A stretch of DNA of 64,000 nt, taken from positions 14,328,770 to 14,392,769 of the forward strand of contig CM119271.1 of NCBI GenBank assembly GCA_051294375.1, in the 5' to 3' direction. The notes below the pieces were generated by a model. That model saw only the letters and a list, made by a program, of their open reading frames with translations, was not told where the DNA came from and made no database searches. Of this stretch, positions 28,507 to 46,375 are shown in pieces. The DNA is from Paraspadella gotoi (lineage: Eukaryota; Animalia; Chaetognatha). Both the position numbers and the translations under genes were made by a program. Every line of letters starts with the position of its first letter. Position 1 is the first letter of the stretch.

Positions 28507-30470
28507 CTATTGTAAAGCTTTTTTTAATGGTCCGGCACTGATCTCTAAAGAACCAGCATTGCTCTTCAATGATCCAGCACTGTTCGGTATGGACTCAAAA
28601 TTGTTCTTTAATGATTCCGAAATTTTCTTCATCGATCCGGCATGGTTCTCTATTAATTTAACTTCGTTTTTCAATGATTCGGCATGGTTCTTTAATCGTT
28701 CGCTAATCTCTGGAGAGCCTTCTTTTCGCCATGATCCGGCTTGGCTGCCGAGAGATCGCTCACCGGAATGATACTTCCTCTCGTGCTTCTTGACTCCGTC
28801 GACTCGAGCGAAGAAGGCGTCGCAGAGTTTGCAAGGGAATCGCCTCCGCTGCGTCGCGTGCAACGTGCGCTCGTGCCGTTTGAGCGCTTGAGTGGAGACG
28901 AAATCTTTTCTACAGACGCGACACACGAATCGTCGAGTCTCGGCGGAGACGAAGAGGAGGGCGGGAGAAGAGGAAGGGGGTGGAGGTGAGGAAGGAGGAG
29001 TAACGGGATCTGGAAAGGGGATAAGTGTCTTCCTTTTCATCCCTCTTATTCTCTATACCTTCCTTCCTACATCTTCTTTACTTGGCATTCATCCCTTCGC
29101 TTCCTTCCCTCTCTTCCCCTCCTTCCCCAGTCCCCACCCTCACTCACCCGCCCGATGCAGCGGTGCTTCGATGACGAAATCGTCGAGAGCGACGGAGGGT
29201 CCAAGTTCGTGAACTCCGCGCAGATGCTTCCTCACGTTGTCGACTCGAGGAGAGGAAAGTCCGCAGATGAGACAAACGAATCTGAGTAAAAGAAAAGACG
29301 AGGATCAAGATTTTTCGACAGAAATTTTCCGGCCTTTCCGGTCTTACTTTTTCCCGGCCGAGTCCGCCACGCCGTGAGCGGATCGAACGTGCCTCTTGTA
29401 GCTGTCGGAGCGAGCGAAGATTCGGTCGCACTGGCGGCAGAGGAAGCGTTTGACGACGCCGTCGACGAAAACGTAACCGGCGTCGCCCGGGGGGTCGACG
29501 GCAAGAGGAGTCGATCCATTGACGGAACGTTGCACAGTTTCGGGTCGAGACAAAGAATCGAGGTCGTCGGCGGAAAGCGAATTCTTTTTGAGCGGAAAGG
29601 AGCGACGTTTTCGTAATAATTTCGATCGCGACGAAAGTTTCGAGGGAAAAGACGAAGATTTGGAATCCGACGCTGGGGCTGCTGCGGCTGCTGCGGCTGC
29701 GCCTTCGGAAGAGTTATGGCCGTGAGAAGAGGCGCCAGGAAAATCCTTCTCGCGAGAGAGACGCCGACGTTTAGAAGGGGAATTTTGGCGGAAATTGGGC
29801 GTCGATGCGTCGATGAAAGAAATGAGGGCTTCGCTTAAAGTCGAAGTTTTTTTCGCTGCCTCCGCCATCGTTATTTCCTCTTTTGCCTCCGACTCGGTCA
29901 TTATTATCTTGGAGGCAAAATCGTCGATGTCAACATAAAAATCGTTCACGAAATCCGAGCAAATCGATGTCGCCTGAATTATCAAAAAAAAAGCGTCCAG
30001 TAGAATGTAAAATTTTCCCACCAGGATTACTGCTTTTGTCACCTCGTTTTATTACTACTAATTCTCCGAAAATTTTATATTTTCCTTCCGTTAACTATAA
30101 TTCTTTATTTTCCTGACAACGGCTAAAGAAGTAAAATATTGATTACCTCCTCTCTGCCTTCGGCCTGTTTGGCCGATTCTTCCCAGTCTCCAGTCGAAGC
30201 GTAAGAGTCGACGACAGCGACGACGAATCCGAGTTTCGTTGTCGTCGTCATTGTCGTTGTCGTCGTCGTCGTCCTTAACTCGTCGAAAAATCGATGGAGA
30301 ACGACGCGGATCCACGCCCACGGAGAACGAAGGGGACGAGACGGCGCCGCTCTTTTTTCCGGCTTCGACGCGCCGACGCCGGATAATACGACGCCGGCCT
30401 CAGTTTTTGAATGTTTTAAGTCGACGAAAGTCGGGGACGAATTCTCGCCGAGATTCGATTTTGATTCCAT
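28507..30470 (-). CDS. C2H2 zinc-finger protein with N-terminal helix-beta-beta module and C-terminal 7-aa repeats
   Basis: Fingers CRQCDRIFARSDSYKRHVRSAH, CLICGLSSPRVDNVRKHLRGVH, CRVCRKDFVSTQALKRHERTLH, CKLCDAFFARVDGVKKHERKYH. Probable 21-nt microexon at 30022-30042 (VTKAVIL). Tail SLKNHAE/SLKNNFE/SLKSNAG-type repeats. Confidence 0.8.
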
Positions 30471-31068
30471 TTCTAAAGAGTCGCTTCGCAATTCGCACAA
30501 AAATTAATTTCGTGCCGGAAAATCTGCCAAAAAAAAAAAAAAGTTAACAACTACAACAAAATAGTATATTCTAAAAAATCAGCTCGAATCGAATACTAAA
30601 GTCTAATGGTTAAATTGGTAATAGGTTCATCTCCGTCACCCGAGAGAGAAAAAGGAGAAACGAAGGGTTGGTTTTTTTATTTTTTTATTTTGACTAGATT
30701 AGAAATTAAAATAATACCGAGTGACATGTATAAATCTGGATAGATAAAAGATAGTCACCGAGCCCAACTTCAAGAGTTGGGGACCCTCTCTAAAGCTAAG
30801 AAAAAAGAAAATCTTTTGAATAATTTTAATCTGAGAAAAGCTGACGAAAGACCGACCAGGATTTTTGGAAAAAAAAAGGCGAATTTAATATTTTTAATGA
30901 AGTTTTTCCGATTGAATGACTGTTTTTTATCAGGGAAAGAATATATAAAACCCCCAGCATCGAGAAGGGAAAAAGAGATCGGACTCGATGTCAAACAAAT
31001 ATCTTCTGTTCACGACTAACGCGTGAACATTTCACTTTTCACAGCTAAGAACCAGAACGTTTTCAGGC

Positions 31069-31595
31069 TCAATTCAAAACCGTGGGCGTAAGAACAGCGG
31101 GCGAGCCTTTCACGGTCGCGGTCGGCGTCGTCCCGATTCCCTCGTCAGCGAAGTCCCACGTTAAAAGGTCAACGACGCCGTTTTTGCTCGTGAATCCGTT
31201 GTAAACGCGGACCGGCGTCGTTTTGGAAGGCGCCGACGTCGGTATGAGCGGCAAGGACGTCGGAATGAGCGGCGCCGAAGTCGGTACGAGCGGCGCCGCA
31301 TTTGGAATGAACCACGGCGACTGCGCCGTCGACGATTTGGACGGCGTCGGGTCGGCAGAGAGTGACCTCACTTTGACCTCGGGAGGATAAGAGTCGGAGT
31401 CGTTGTGGGCGGAGTCGAGGCTTCGCGTCTCGGGAGACTCATTGACCGATTCATTGTTTAGCTCGAGAGTTAAATCTTTGTCGTCAGTACGTACGTCAGT
31501 ACTATCCTTCGTCCGATCGTTCGTCATATGATTATTCCGAGAAGCATCGCCGTCGTCCTCTTCTTCGTCCTCTTCTCGTTTCGGCGTCGAAGTCT

Positions 31596-31630
<35 letters not shown>

Positions 31631-34230
31631 TTTTTTAACGAGGAAATCGGCGAAGGAGAAAAGGCGGCGGAGAAGGAGGCGGGAGAAGAGGAGAACGAGG
31701 ACGACAGTTCCGTGGATTTGGGACGGGAGGGATCGACCGAAGACGCGGGAGTCTCGATGTCGTCAGCGACGACGTTATGATCGACCGGAGACGAAGACGA
31801 GGAGACGTCACCGCCCACAGGAGACGAAGGGGCGTGGCCCGCGAGTTTTAACGGCGACGTTCGACCGTTGAGTGTAAAAGACGCCGATTCGTCGAGGCGT
31901 CCGTCGGAAGTGGAGGAAATTGGCGCCGGTGCGACCTCGCGGAGTCTCTCCTCCAAAACTTGAACCTGGGAGGAAAGAAAATAAATGGAGAGAATAAAAT
32001 AGGGAAGCCATTAATGGGGAAGGCCAGGTACTCTGGGAGTGAATAACCTCGCTTGCAGGGACCTGCAATGTAATTGTCTTGTAAGAGTGATGGAGACCCT
32101 AAACTACAATAGTCTAGGTCAAGATTGCCCATATATTGGATGAATGGATAATTTTTTATATTTGTTGAACCAATTCAATCACATAAAGATGATTTCAACA
32201 AAGTTTTTCTCACCTTTTGGGCGAGTATTCTGTTAGTTTTCCTCTGGTGAGACAACGCCAAATTGCGGTCTTGCAGCGATTCTTGCAGCATCAAAACGAA
32301 TTTCTGTAAACGAGCAACGATTTGAGGCGTCGCGCGGTCGGGCGGCACCTGTTTAAAAAAAATTGAAAAAAATCACCTAATATATACTAAGAAATGGAGG
32401 TAATGGAAATGTTAAAGTATTATTATTAATTAATTAGTTAAAATATTACTATGACTCATGTTAATCATTAACATTGCTAAAGACTATATTTAGCTACTAG
32501 AAAACTATAAAACAGAACTAATATCAAAATCCAAAATGAAATTAGACACATTTAGATTCAACACTGCAATATGTAAATGAGATTGAGAGATTCAATCTCA
32601 TTTAAGATCATATTAAATAATCATCTCTTACAGAGGGACTCACCTTGACGAGCTTTTTGCCGAGAGCCTCGATTCCCGGCGTGAGTCCGCAGGAGACGGT
32701 GTTGGACGTTGACTTATTCGCCGTGGACGGAGACCCGGGCGGCGTCACCGACGACGCCGCCGCCTCTTCCGCCGTCATTTTTTCTAGAAAAAAAAAGAAA
32801 ACAAAAGTAAAAAAAGTAAAACAAAAGTAAACACAAGTACAACAAAAAAAAAAAAAAAAAAAAAAAAGAATCAAAATAGATTGAGACGATCCCCGCTCCA
32901 GCATACCTACTCCCTTTGATGAGTCGTCGCTCCAGCGCGACCCGGTATTTGGACAGCATCGAGGCGGCCTTCGTCTGCTCCTCTTCCAAACGCTTTAACT
33001 CCTGCTTGAGGTAGGAGTTCTCCATAACCAACGCGTCGAGGTCGAGGATACGTGAGGGATCGCCTAATGAGAAGGAAACATTTGATCGACTGTAATATAA
33101 TATAATACCATATAATAAATAATAACATTAATAATAATCCTTAATTTTAACTAAAACGTGATTGATAGTTAAATAAGTGTTTTACGCTGGTTGTGCAATA
33201 TGTATGAGTATTTATTTATTTATTTTATTTATTTATCATCTAAATTCTATACGGCGCAAAACCTTGAACCCACCGTTTTTGGTTTACCATTTTACAATAA
33301 ACCTCTCGCTAATAATAATAATTTCCTATTGTCCCACCTTTGAGCATTAAATTCATCTCCCTGTTGAGTCTCTCGTGCTTGGTCTTGAGCGCGTCCCTCT
33401 CCGTGACCAACTCTTCCTTCTGATCGAACACTTCCCTCATGTCTCGCTTCAAACTCTCGTTCTTCTTCCTCTCCGCCTCCACCGACGCCACGAGCGCTTC
33501 TCGATCCGAGGATCGCCACGCCCTCCGGTTCACCGCCTCGTCGTCGTCGCCGAGACGAAGGCGACCCAACTGTTGTCTGGGTAAAGAATGAATCATTGTT
33601 ATTTCATGTCAATATCGTTTTCATAAATTACTAGAAAATTATGACGTAATTTCCATTCTACCTCCCAATAAAACTCACCTGAGTGCCCTGCTGTCTCCCT
33701 CCGCCTCGGCCAATCGTTGTTTCAGATCTTCCACGAGCAAAGCGGCGGACTTGGCTTTGGCCTGATGGTCGGCGACCAGGCGAGACAGCTGATCCGAGTC
33801 GCCTTCCAGCCGACCTTCGTCGAGACCTTGAAAGGAAAATCAGGTGGAAAGGCAAAGTCAAAACACAGAGGATTAAACTTCTACGCGCAATATGTTAGAG
33901 GGTGATCAAATAAACAAGTCAGTTACCCGCGAGTTGTTTTTTAATGGCAACGTGACGTCGTTGAAGTTTGTTCCGCCATCAATTTGTATTGATCCCTGAG
34001 CAAAGACAACGGATAATCAAAATTGTTTGTTTCTCCTCATTATAAACTATCTTTATTCCTTATTTCCTCACCTTTCCGTCCTGCAGGCGTCCAAATCGCC
34101 CGTCAGGATGACGAGCGCCTCCGTTTTGCTGCCTCACTTCGCCGCATGATCGTCATCTCGCTCTCGAGGTGGCGACGTCGCGTTGGAGGCGAGGCGCCAT
34201 CGCCGCGTTGGTCGGCGAGGTTCGCGTCAT
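31069..34230 (-). CDS. CCDC149: Coiled-coil domain-containing protein 149 (frameshifted in the first two exons as assembled)
   Basis: SKTEALVILTGDLDACRTER|DQYKLMAEQ; QRLAEAEGDSRALR; DQKEELVTERDALKTKHERLNREMN; ILDLDALVMENSYLKQELKRLEEEQ...LSKYRVALE; LQESLQDRNLALSHQRKTNRILAQ. Ser/Thr-rich tail. Start approximate. Confidence 0.85.
32510..32632 (-). repeat. Dispersed TGTAAGAGAT repeat copy in a CCDC149 intron
   Basis: Close reverse-complement match to 54460-54583, including the AAATGAGATTGA/TCAATCTCATTT hairpin. Confidence 0.8.
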
Positions 34231-34868
34231 TGCCGACTCGTTTTGTTTCGTTTCGTTTTCAATTCATCCGTTTCGGTCTTCGTTTCTCTTCGTCAGTTTC
34301 TCGACATCAGCGCCGACATCTTTGCGGCTAATCGAAGATCTCGAACGACTTGTAGCCGCGTCCGGTGGAAAAGAGGCGACCGGCGAGGCGGAGGTTTTCC
34401 TTTTTACTAATTTCTAGAAAACATAATCAGACAAATGGCACAATGATAAGAGACCCTGGGGGATGGTGGGTCTAACCAGAGATGAGTCAACACTCAACAA
34501 GGAAACAGACGGCGATCAAGGCACGAGGATTCTATTATTTCGACTGAATAAAACCTACATACGTTGTAAATCGTTATACTTTTATCGTTTTTTTTAAAAA
34601 ACCCTAATCGCGTTTGCCTAGAAAATCGGCGTGGCCCGTTCAATCATCAATCGGAATACTGTTTCTCTCCGGAAGACTAAAGGGAATGGAATGTTTGGGA
34701 GAACAGAGAAGTAGGGAGGGTGCGTCTCTGTCAATCACAGTCATGATGTGATAAGCCAGGTGAGTTTTATCTAATGATGATCCGGTGATTCTGTGCGAGA
34801 GGAGTGATGATGAGTCAATAACACTTGGTTCGTGAACCATAAGTTTTTGCTGTTCCGTTCACAAGTTT

Positions 34869-37286
<2,418 letters not shown>

Positions 37287-37807
37287 TCAGTCAGGCTGGA
37301 GGTAATAATTTAAAATTCGAACTGGAATGGAAGATCACGTTTCAGAAAAATAAAACAAAATTATTTTAAATATGACTTATTGCTTTTTCCTATGATATAA
37401 ATAAAATCATAGAAATAATCTTTAAATACCGACAAAAATAAGTAAAAAGCACGGCATCACTAACATGAATGAGATCATACGCAACATTAAGATTATCGAC
37501 GCCATTATTTACTAATTTAAAATTGTTGCAGAATAACTAATATAGTAGGATGGTCAACTCCCATACAAAGTCATGGGAGAAATAATGGACGAAGTCACAT
37601 TATCGTTAAAAACCACGTAAATTGAAAACAATTTATGTAATCGACTAAAAGTGCCGTAATAATCTAAAAAAAATAGAAAAAAACTAATTCTACTGTAAGT
37701 AAAATAACTGGCCTTTTCAAATAAATATAACAAAATAAATAATAAATTAAAGTGTGGAAAAAAGTAATCTCCAGCGATATCCCCAAATCTGGTAAAACTT
37801 TTATCCT

Positions 37808-40231
<2,424 letters not shown>

Positions 40232-40593
40232 TCCTCTTCCCGAGCGATTTTCGTTCCCGAATTTTGTCTAAAGTCTTTTTCTTTGATTATGTATATGATT
40301 AATCCATTTAAAAAATCACGACTCTCAAAGGAAAAGTCAACAAAAAAATTGGTTGTACCAATGTCATAAATAATTTGCGCAAGGTTTTTTCAATTTAGCA
40401 GCCATATTTATATTAATAAGCCAACAGTCAATCGAATTGTTTTATTAGAAAAGCTAAATTCGACAACCGAAGAGACAAAATGAAAAAAAAATACAAATAC
40501 TGGCTAAAAGAGAGATCTGGAGACATGACTACGGGCGCTGAGCAGCGCTAAGTTCCGTTTAAAACATCGGGCGCCGCAAAACAATCGCGTGTT

Positions 40594-42394
40594 TCAGTTG
40601 CGGCGCCCCTGCAAATTTCGACCGAAGGAGTAGACGAGGGATTGGCGAGTGAATTTGCCCCAAGAACCGAAGGGAACAACGATGGCAGAGACGTCGTCTT
40701 CGCTGCCGAACTGGAGGGCCTGCAATTTTTGCAATTTTCAGTCAGAAACCTTTGACACGAAATTATTATCCCCGATATTTTCCTCCCTCCCACCTGATCG
40801 CAGAGAGTGCGCGCGGCCTCAGCGGCGTTGTCGCAGGCTGCGACGCAATTGCCCATCTCCGAATTGGACATGACGAAGGAGACGCCATCGGAGACGAGGG
40901 CGAGGAAGGCATCGGCGCCGTGTTTGATCGCTAATGAAGAAGTCTCAGGAGTAGCCGCCACGCCGTAACCCTTGAGGTCCATGTCGCCGAGGCTGCGAGT
41001 CATCGCCAGTCGACCGCCGACCAAAGGTCTGGGAAAAAGAGTTAAATCCATTGTATAGGTTACTAGTCGTGGAAACGGAAAAATCTACTTTATCTGAAAA
41101 AAAACTTTTCCTTCTCACCTGCCAAGACTAGTCCATACAATGGCGCCGCGGTCTTTCAAAACTCGCGCTTTTTCATCCCTGTCTTCTGGCTCGTGATCCC
41201 GCGTCAACACGTTTGTCTAAATAAAAGTAAAACAATAAGTTTTCTGTCACGAATTAACGACAGCCTTTTCACAAATCAAGACCACGCCAATCAAGCACCT
41301 CGCCGTTTCGAAACAGTAACGCCCTGCTGTCGCCGACGTGGGCCGTGACCAGATGGACGGAATTTCGTAACAAGGAAACCGTCGCCGTCGTTCCTGATTC
41401 GCGATCAGTTGGACAGCTCACATCTGGCACAGTGGAATCAAAGGGCTTTTTAAATTTGTTCTAACTATCTGTCTCTTTTAATCTCTTCCTACCTATAATG
41501 TGCCTGGCGAAAGCGTTATTGGCAGAGATGAAGGCGTTCCTCAAGACCTTCTCCAGATCCTTCTCCCCGCGATTCAATTGAAAACGAACGTGATGGTGAA
41601 GGCGACTCTTCATGAAGTCGGCCGCCAGCGAACCACGGTGTCCGTCGAAAACTCCGAAATACAATATACCTGAGGGATGAAGGCCTTTTTACAATTTACT
41701 TTTTTGACCATCCAATTATGACGCCGCAGACTCCCACCTTTCTCCAGCTCCATGACTTGAATCCGATCCTCTTGCTCCTGCTTTCGGCCTTGCAAGCTGG
41801 CGGAGCCAACCAAATCCAGTCCGATGGCGGGAATGGGTTTTCCCTTCTTGATGCTCTCCTCCATTAGAATCGGGAGTCGGTCTATCCGGTTGTCCCAAGT
41901 GCCGAAGGTGTCGAAGTCCTGAACGGGCACAGGCATAAAATAAAGACCTTTTGAATAAAAAATGGTTTTTATAAAACGGGAATGAAATAGCAACTTTATC
42001 AAACCAACGACAAATTATAGTTCGCATACATAATATTTTTCAATCATGACACTATCACATTTTTCAAATTTCAAGACGAGATTACAGCGTATTAAAATGG
42101 CGAGTGAGTTCTACCTACCTACCGCACCTTGAGATATTCACCCACGCTCTTTCTTCCCAGATGACGCTTGACCGAGGGGGCGTCGGCCTCTACCGCTCGG
42201 TCGGCGTCGTCGTCGTCGCGCCGAAAGTCGAAATGACGCGCGAGAATGTGGGCGTGACGGAGGCGAGAGATGGAGGATGAAGAGAGAGAAAAGTGAGAAG
42301 CTGAAGTTTTTAACGTGCGACCCAAGGCCACGCCCACTTCCGCGGGCATCGATCGACGATCGCGACGAAAAATCTTCAAAACCGACGCCGTCAT
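40594..42394 (-). CDS. PPM1K: Mitochondrial PP2C phosphatase (PP2Cm)
   Basis: DFDTFGTWDNRIDRLPILMEESIKKGKPIPAI; YFGVFDGHRGSLAADF; SGTTATVSLLRN...AHVGDSRALL; GRLAMTRSLGDMDLKGYGV; DAFLALVSDGVSFVMSN; VVPFGSWGKF. Confidence 0.93.
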
Positions 42395-42449
42395 CTCGAG
42401 GGACGAAAGACGCCGTCGGGGGGAAAAAGTTTATTTTGAACTCGAGCGT

Positions 42450-42927
42450 TCACTGGGAGACGCTTCGTGACTCTGCGGCCAAAGACGAGTCTCTTTCTTG
42501 CTTCAAGATCCGCGCGATCTCGCTCTGATCTTGAAACGACTTCACGTTTTGCTGCTTCTTCATCGCCTGTAAAATTAGCGATAATTCGTACGAGAATACG
42601 CATCTTTATTCAATTGTCAAATCGTTGCATTCCAAGACTAAACTGGAATGCGAACAATAAAACCAATTGTGGAAGCAGCGCGGTCGGTTTGGAACACAGC
42701 CATCTCGTAACAAGATCAGGCTTTATCCACTTAAGGAAGGATCGATGGGAGGGGGGGAATAAACTAAATCAATCAATCAATCAAACAATGACCTGTCTCT
42801 GTGCGTCCTTAATGACTCCCTCCCTTAGAGATTCGAGGTCGGACTTTTGTTTGCGCAAAACCCAGACGACGATGGCGGAAGAAAAGAGGAGAGACGACGT
42901 CAGCGTCAACTTGGCCGTCGTCGTCAT
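42450..42927 (-). CDS. PET117: Cytochrome c oxidase assembly factor PET117, 2 exons (not in the supplied ORF track in this frame)
   Basis: MTTTAKLTLTSSLLFSSAIVVWVLRKQKSDLESLREGVIKDAQRQ|AMKKQQNVKSFQDQSEIARILKQERDSSLAAESRSVSQ* matches the PET117 pattern (TM, then L+.GVIRD.ERQ..KK.N...L.EQ). Intron 42567-42792 is GT-AG. Confidence 0.88.
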
Positions 42928-43210
42928 CGCGGACAAAAGAGCATCGTGTGGTCGGGGACAGATGTTTATGAGGAGGATATTTTTGTGAAGATTTAAGTTT
43001 TTTGTGTTTTTTTTTAATTTTTTTTTTTTTTATTAAATTTGCGGAAAATTAGGCCTCACGAAATTATTTTCTGTAAAAAAAAAGCAACTAATTCTGAACG
43101 AAACCGAAAGGAGAAAAAGAATTGAACTTTGGAAAAAGATCGCGGAGATTTAAAACGCGGAGAAACAGGAGGAGCGAAGAGAGAAAGTTGGGAGACGCGA
43201 TTCCAAACAC

Positions 43211-46200
43211 TCAATCGTCGTCGTCGTCGTCTTCGTCAGTCTCATAATTCTCATCGATGACTTTTTCTCCTTCTTCGTCATCATCGTCATCATCGTCCTC
43301 CCGATCTTCGTCATCATCGACGACGTTTTCTTCCTCCATTTTCTTCTTTAGTTCCGACAGAACTTCTTCGATCTGCTCTTTGTCGACACCGTACGTCGTT
43401 CCTAGAAAGGGACGACGAAGATCAATGTAAAAGCAAAAAGACAGAATGAAAAAAAAAATATATATACAGGGGTGGGACCCGATATGAACGATTTGATACA
43501 CAACAATAAAATGAGTGACAAAATTTTTTGGGGGCTTTTTACTTTTATATACAATAAAAAAAAATTTTTTTAAAGCAACTACAATGTTTTAAAAAACGTT
43601 TAGTCGTTTTTATGCTTACTTTCAAATTTTTTTAACCAAAATGCAATGTACACCTTGCGAGAAGCATTATTATACTATAAATAAGTATTTCCAAATATAT
43701 TTTTAACTTTTATGTCTTAGAATGAGATTAAACAATAAGTTTTCAAACATTTTTCTTCCAAACCGCGCGGAGAAAACCGAGCAGTTGCCTTTGCTGAATC
43801 AAATAAGCACAATATGAATGAATTTCAAAACAATTAATATATCGTCTAAAAGCTAAGAGAGAGTACTATACGAATATTTATTCGAATTTGAAAAATCATT
43901 TAGAGTTTTAGAGTAATGATTTTTTAAATTTTGTCTCGATATATATCTCCTCACCAGACTGAAGGAATCCTTTTTTGCTTCCAAGAAGCAGCGCCTGTTC
44001 CAAGGAGAGTTTCGAGTTGCTGTAGTGCTCCTTCCCTTGCATGCACCCGATCCATCCCAGCAGATACCAAACGAAGATATTCTCGTCGTCTTCGTCTGTA
44101 AAAATTGAGAAGCTCAAACTTCAAAGTGTCAAGTTTTAAATAACATCTGACGAGAGTTTTCAACGGAATTCCGCTCTTTTACCGAGGACAGTGTCGAGAA
44201 CTTCTACGGCGCGGTCGGCGAGATCACCGAAGTCTGGTCGCATCATGAAAAGTTCCATGAGAATCTTAGAGGCGTTGATTCGATCTTCTAACGTCAGTGG
44301 ACAAGGAATCACGGGGTCCGCCATCGCAGCCTCCGCCGCCGCCGAGGTAGAAGGAGAATCGTGATCTTCCTCCGTCAATTTCTGGCAATGGTAACAATTT
44401 AGAATTTTAATGAACAATATTCGTTGAAAGTATGCGTAATTATCATCAATCATCGTTATATTGCCCGACTTAAAGAAGTGCCACAATCTCATTTGCATAT
44501 TGCAGTATTTTATGAATATCTGGGATACCTAATTGTTGCATCCAGGAATAAATTTTTTAATATCAAACAACGTAAAATATGTTAAATTATCACGAAAGTT
44601 AAATAACCTGGGAAAAGGCTTAGGCCCCTAGAATTTTTCTGCCGAAACATCTTACAGTATAACAACGTTAAATTTCTCGAATTTATAGTTAGGTTAATAT
44701 CGTTATTGTTATTAATAGAAAATAATAGCGTCTTTATCATCGACAATGTCTTTTTAATAAAAACAAATCTGAGCAAACATTGTCGAGTCTACCCACGATC
44801 ATTCGCGGTAATTAATTAATTAATTTGATCCGAAATATTTGTTTTTGGTCTTTCCATCACTGACCACGATAAAAGCAACGACGACTATGAGAGCGACGAC
44901 GACAATAATATCGATAACGATCGACTTGATTGATTGATTGTTTAAATAATTAATAAATTGATTAATTGACCAATTAATTAATAATTGATTAATTGACCAA
45001 TTAATTAATAATTGATTAATTAATTGACTAATTAACTGATTAAATATTTGATTAATTAATACATCTTGTATTTACACTTAATATAAAAGGAAAAAGAAGC
45101 ATAACCAATTAGTGAAACTCATTTCCACTCAGACGATTCCATCGAAACTTGATTTCCAGCTTAATCACACACTTTCCTACCTACACACACAAAATTTCAT
45201 TCAAATCCATCCATCCAATCACGAGTTTTTTGCTAAGGTGGGACGGACGGACAGACATAAATCGATGTTCTGACATGATATAAGTGAATGCCCGACAAGA
45301 TTGAGGGGGCGGACCGACGGACCGACAAAGTGACTAAAAAAATAAAACCATAAATTTTTATCATAAGAGCGAGAAAAAAACTAATGTTTAAATTTCCACC
45401 TGATACATCGGAAGCCAAAGGTCGACGCTTCTCTCGATGGCCGCCTTCGCCTCCACCAATCGATCTCCGTCTTCCTCATCTTCCCCGTCGTCGCCGTCCA
45501 CCATGGAGATGCACCACGATGCCAAAAGCTGATGGGCCTCGGGGGCGTTGGGCCGCGTCTCCACGGCCGCGTCCAGGTGACGCTTGCAGGTCGCCGCCGC
45601 GTCGGGGGATTCGCAGAGGTCGGTTAGGTAAATTTCCGCGATGGACAAGTGTCCTTGAGGTGAATATCAAAACAAACCTTTAATGCGAATTCATTCGTAT
45701 CAATTGAGGGAAGCCTCTAATCTTCCCCACCTCGACAAATGTCCGCTTGCAATTCCTCCAACTTGCTAACGCCAGTCGACGAATCCGCCGACGCCGCCGC
45801 CCCTTGCTCCTCATCTCCCAATCCTCCCCTGATCGCGACTTCTTTCTCTTTCTCCATGATTTCGATCCCTCGACGAAAGAGAGCGACGCTCTCCTCTCCC
45901 TCCTCCAACTGCGCCAGACTCATGTACTTGGCGTAACCTTCGTCCGGCTGAAGCTCCGTCGCGCGGAAGAAACGAGTTCGGGCGCCGGAAACGTCGCAGC
46001 GTTCCAAAAGAACGGCGCCCATGGTTTCTAGGGCGGGAACGTGGTTCTGACCAAAAAAGAAAACGGCGCCGGGGGGGGAGGGAAAGAATCGATTTGAATT
46101 GATCTTCGATACAAAACAACGATCTTCCTAAATTCCCGAGCACTCACTTCGTCCATCTCTAAAGCGGCGGCGCAACACCGGAATGCCTCGTCCACGTCGT

Positions 46201-46375
46201 AAGAGTCCAAGGCGGCTCTCGCTCGCTCGAGACACGCCTCCACCGTCGCCGGCGTCTCCTTTCTCTTCCGGCGTGACGACGATAGCGTCATCCCACGGAC
46301 TTCGGAATTGAGTTTTCGCAAAGCGTCGTCCCTGTTACGTTTCCCCGTTCGCGTCTTTTTCCGCGGTTTACCCAT
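43211..46375 (-). CDS. TPR protein, assembly chaperone of RPL4 (Acl4-like)
   Basis: AFRCCAAALEMDE|NHVPALETMGAVLLE...RATELQPDEGYAKYMSLAQL...ALFRRGIEIM; SIAEIYLTDLCESPDAAATC; PEAHQLLAS; RINASKILMEL; EDDENIFVWYLLGW; acidic C-terminus. Confidence 0.85.
45075..45345. mobile_element. DINE-1/Helentron-associated (HINE)-like non-autonomous element in an ACL4 intron
   Basis: CAAAATTTCATTCAAATCCATCC...ACGAGTTTTTTG core followed by (GGAC)n-AGAC microsatellite blocks (GGACGGACGGACAGAC, GGACCGACGGACCGAC), typical of DINE-1/Lep1 elements. Ends approximate. Confidence 0.5.

Noticed and set aside
33930-34230. Multiple frameshifts in CCDC149, also single ones in ATP5ME (~27675), WTIP (~54357) and possibly STAG (~22340), suggesting programmed frameshifting or editing
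   Set aside because: They are single-base indels, mostly in short homopolymers, in otherwise conserved genes and have no shared slippery motif; uncorrected sequencing error is the simpler explanation.
34640-34840. TGATGA-rich segment downstream of RUVBL1 as a possible C/D snoRNA, U3, SECIS or SL RNA
   Set aside because: No convincing terminal stem, box D pairing, Sm site or SECIS core; more likely 3' UTR.
43466-43520. TA-CAGGGGTGGGACCC, a possible Tc1-type terminus in an ACL4 intron
   Set aside because: No matching inverted terminus found nearby.
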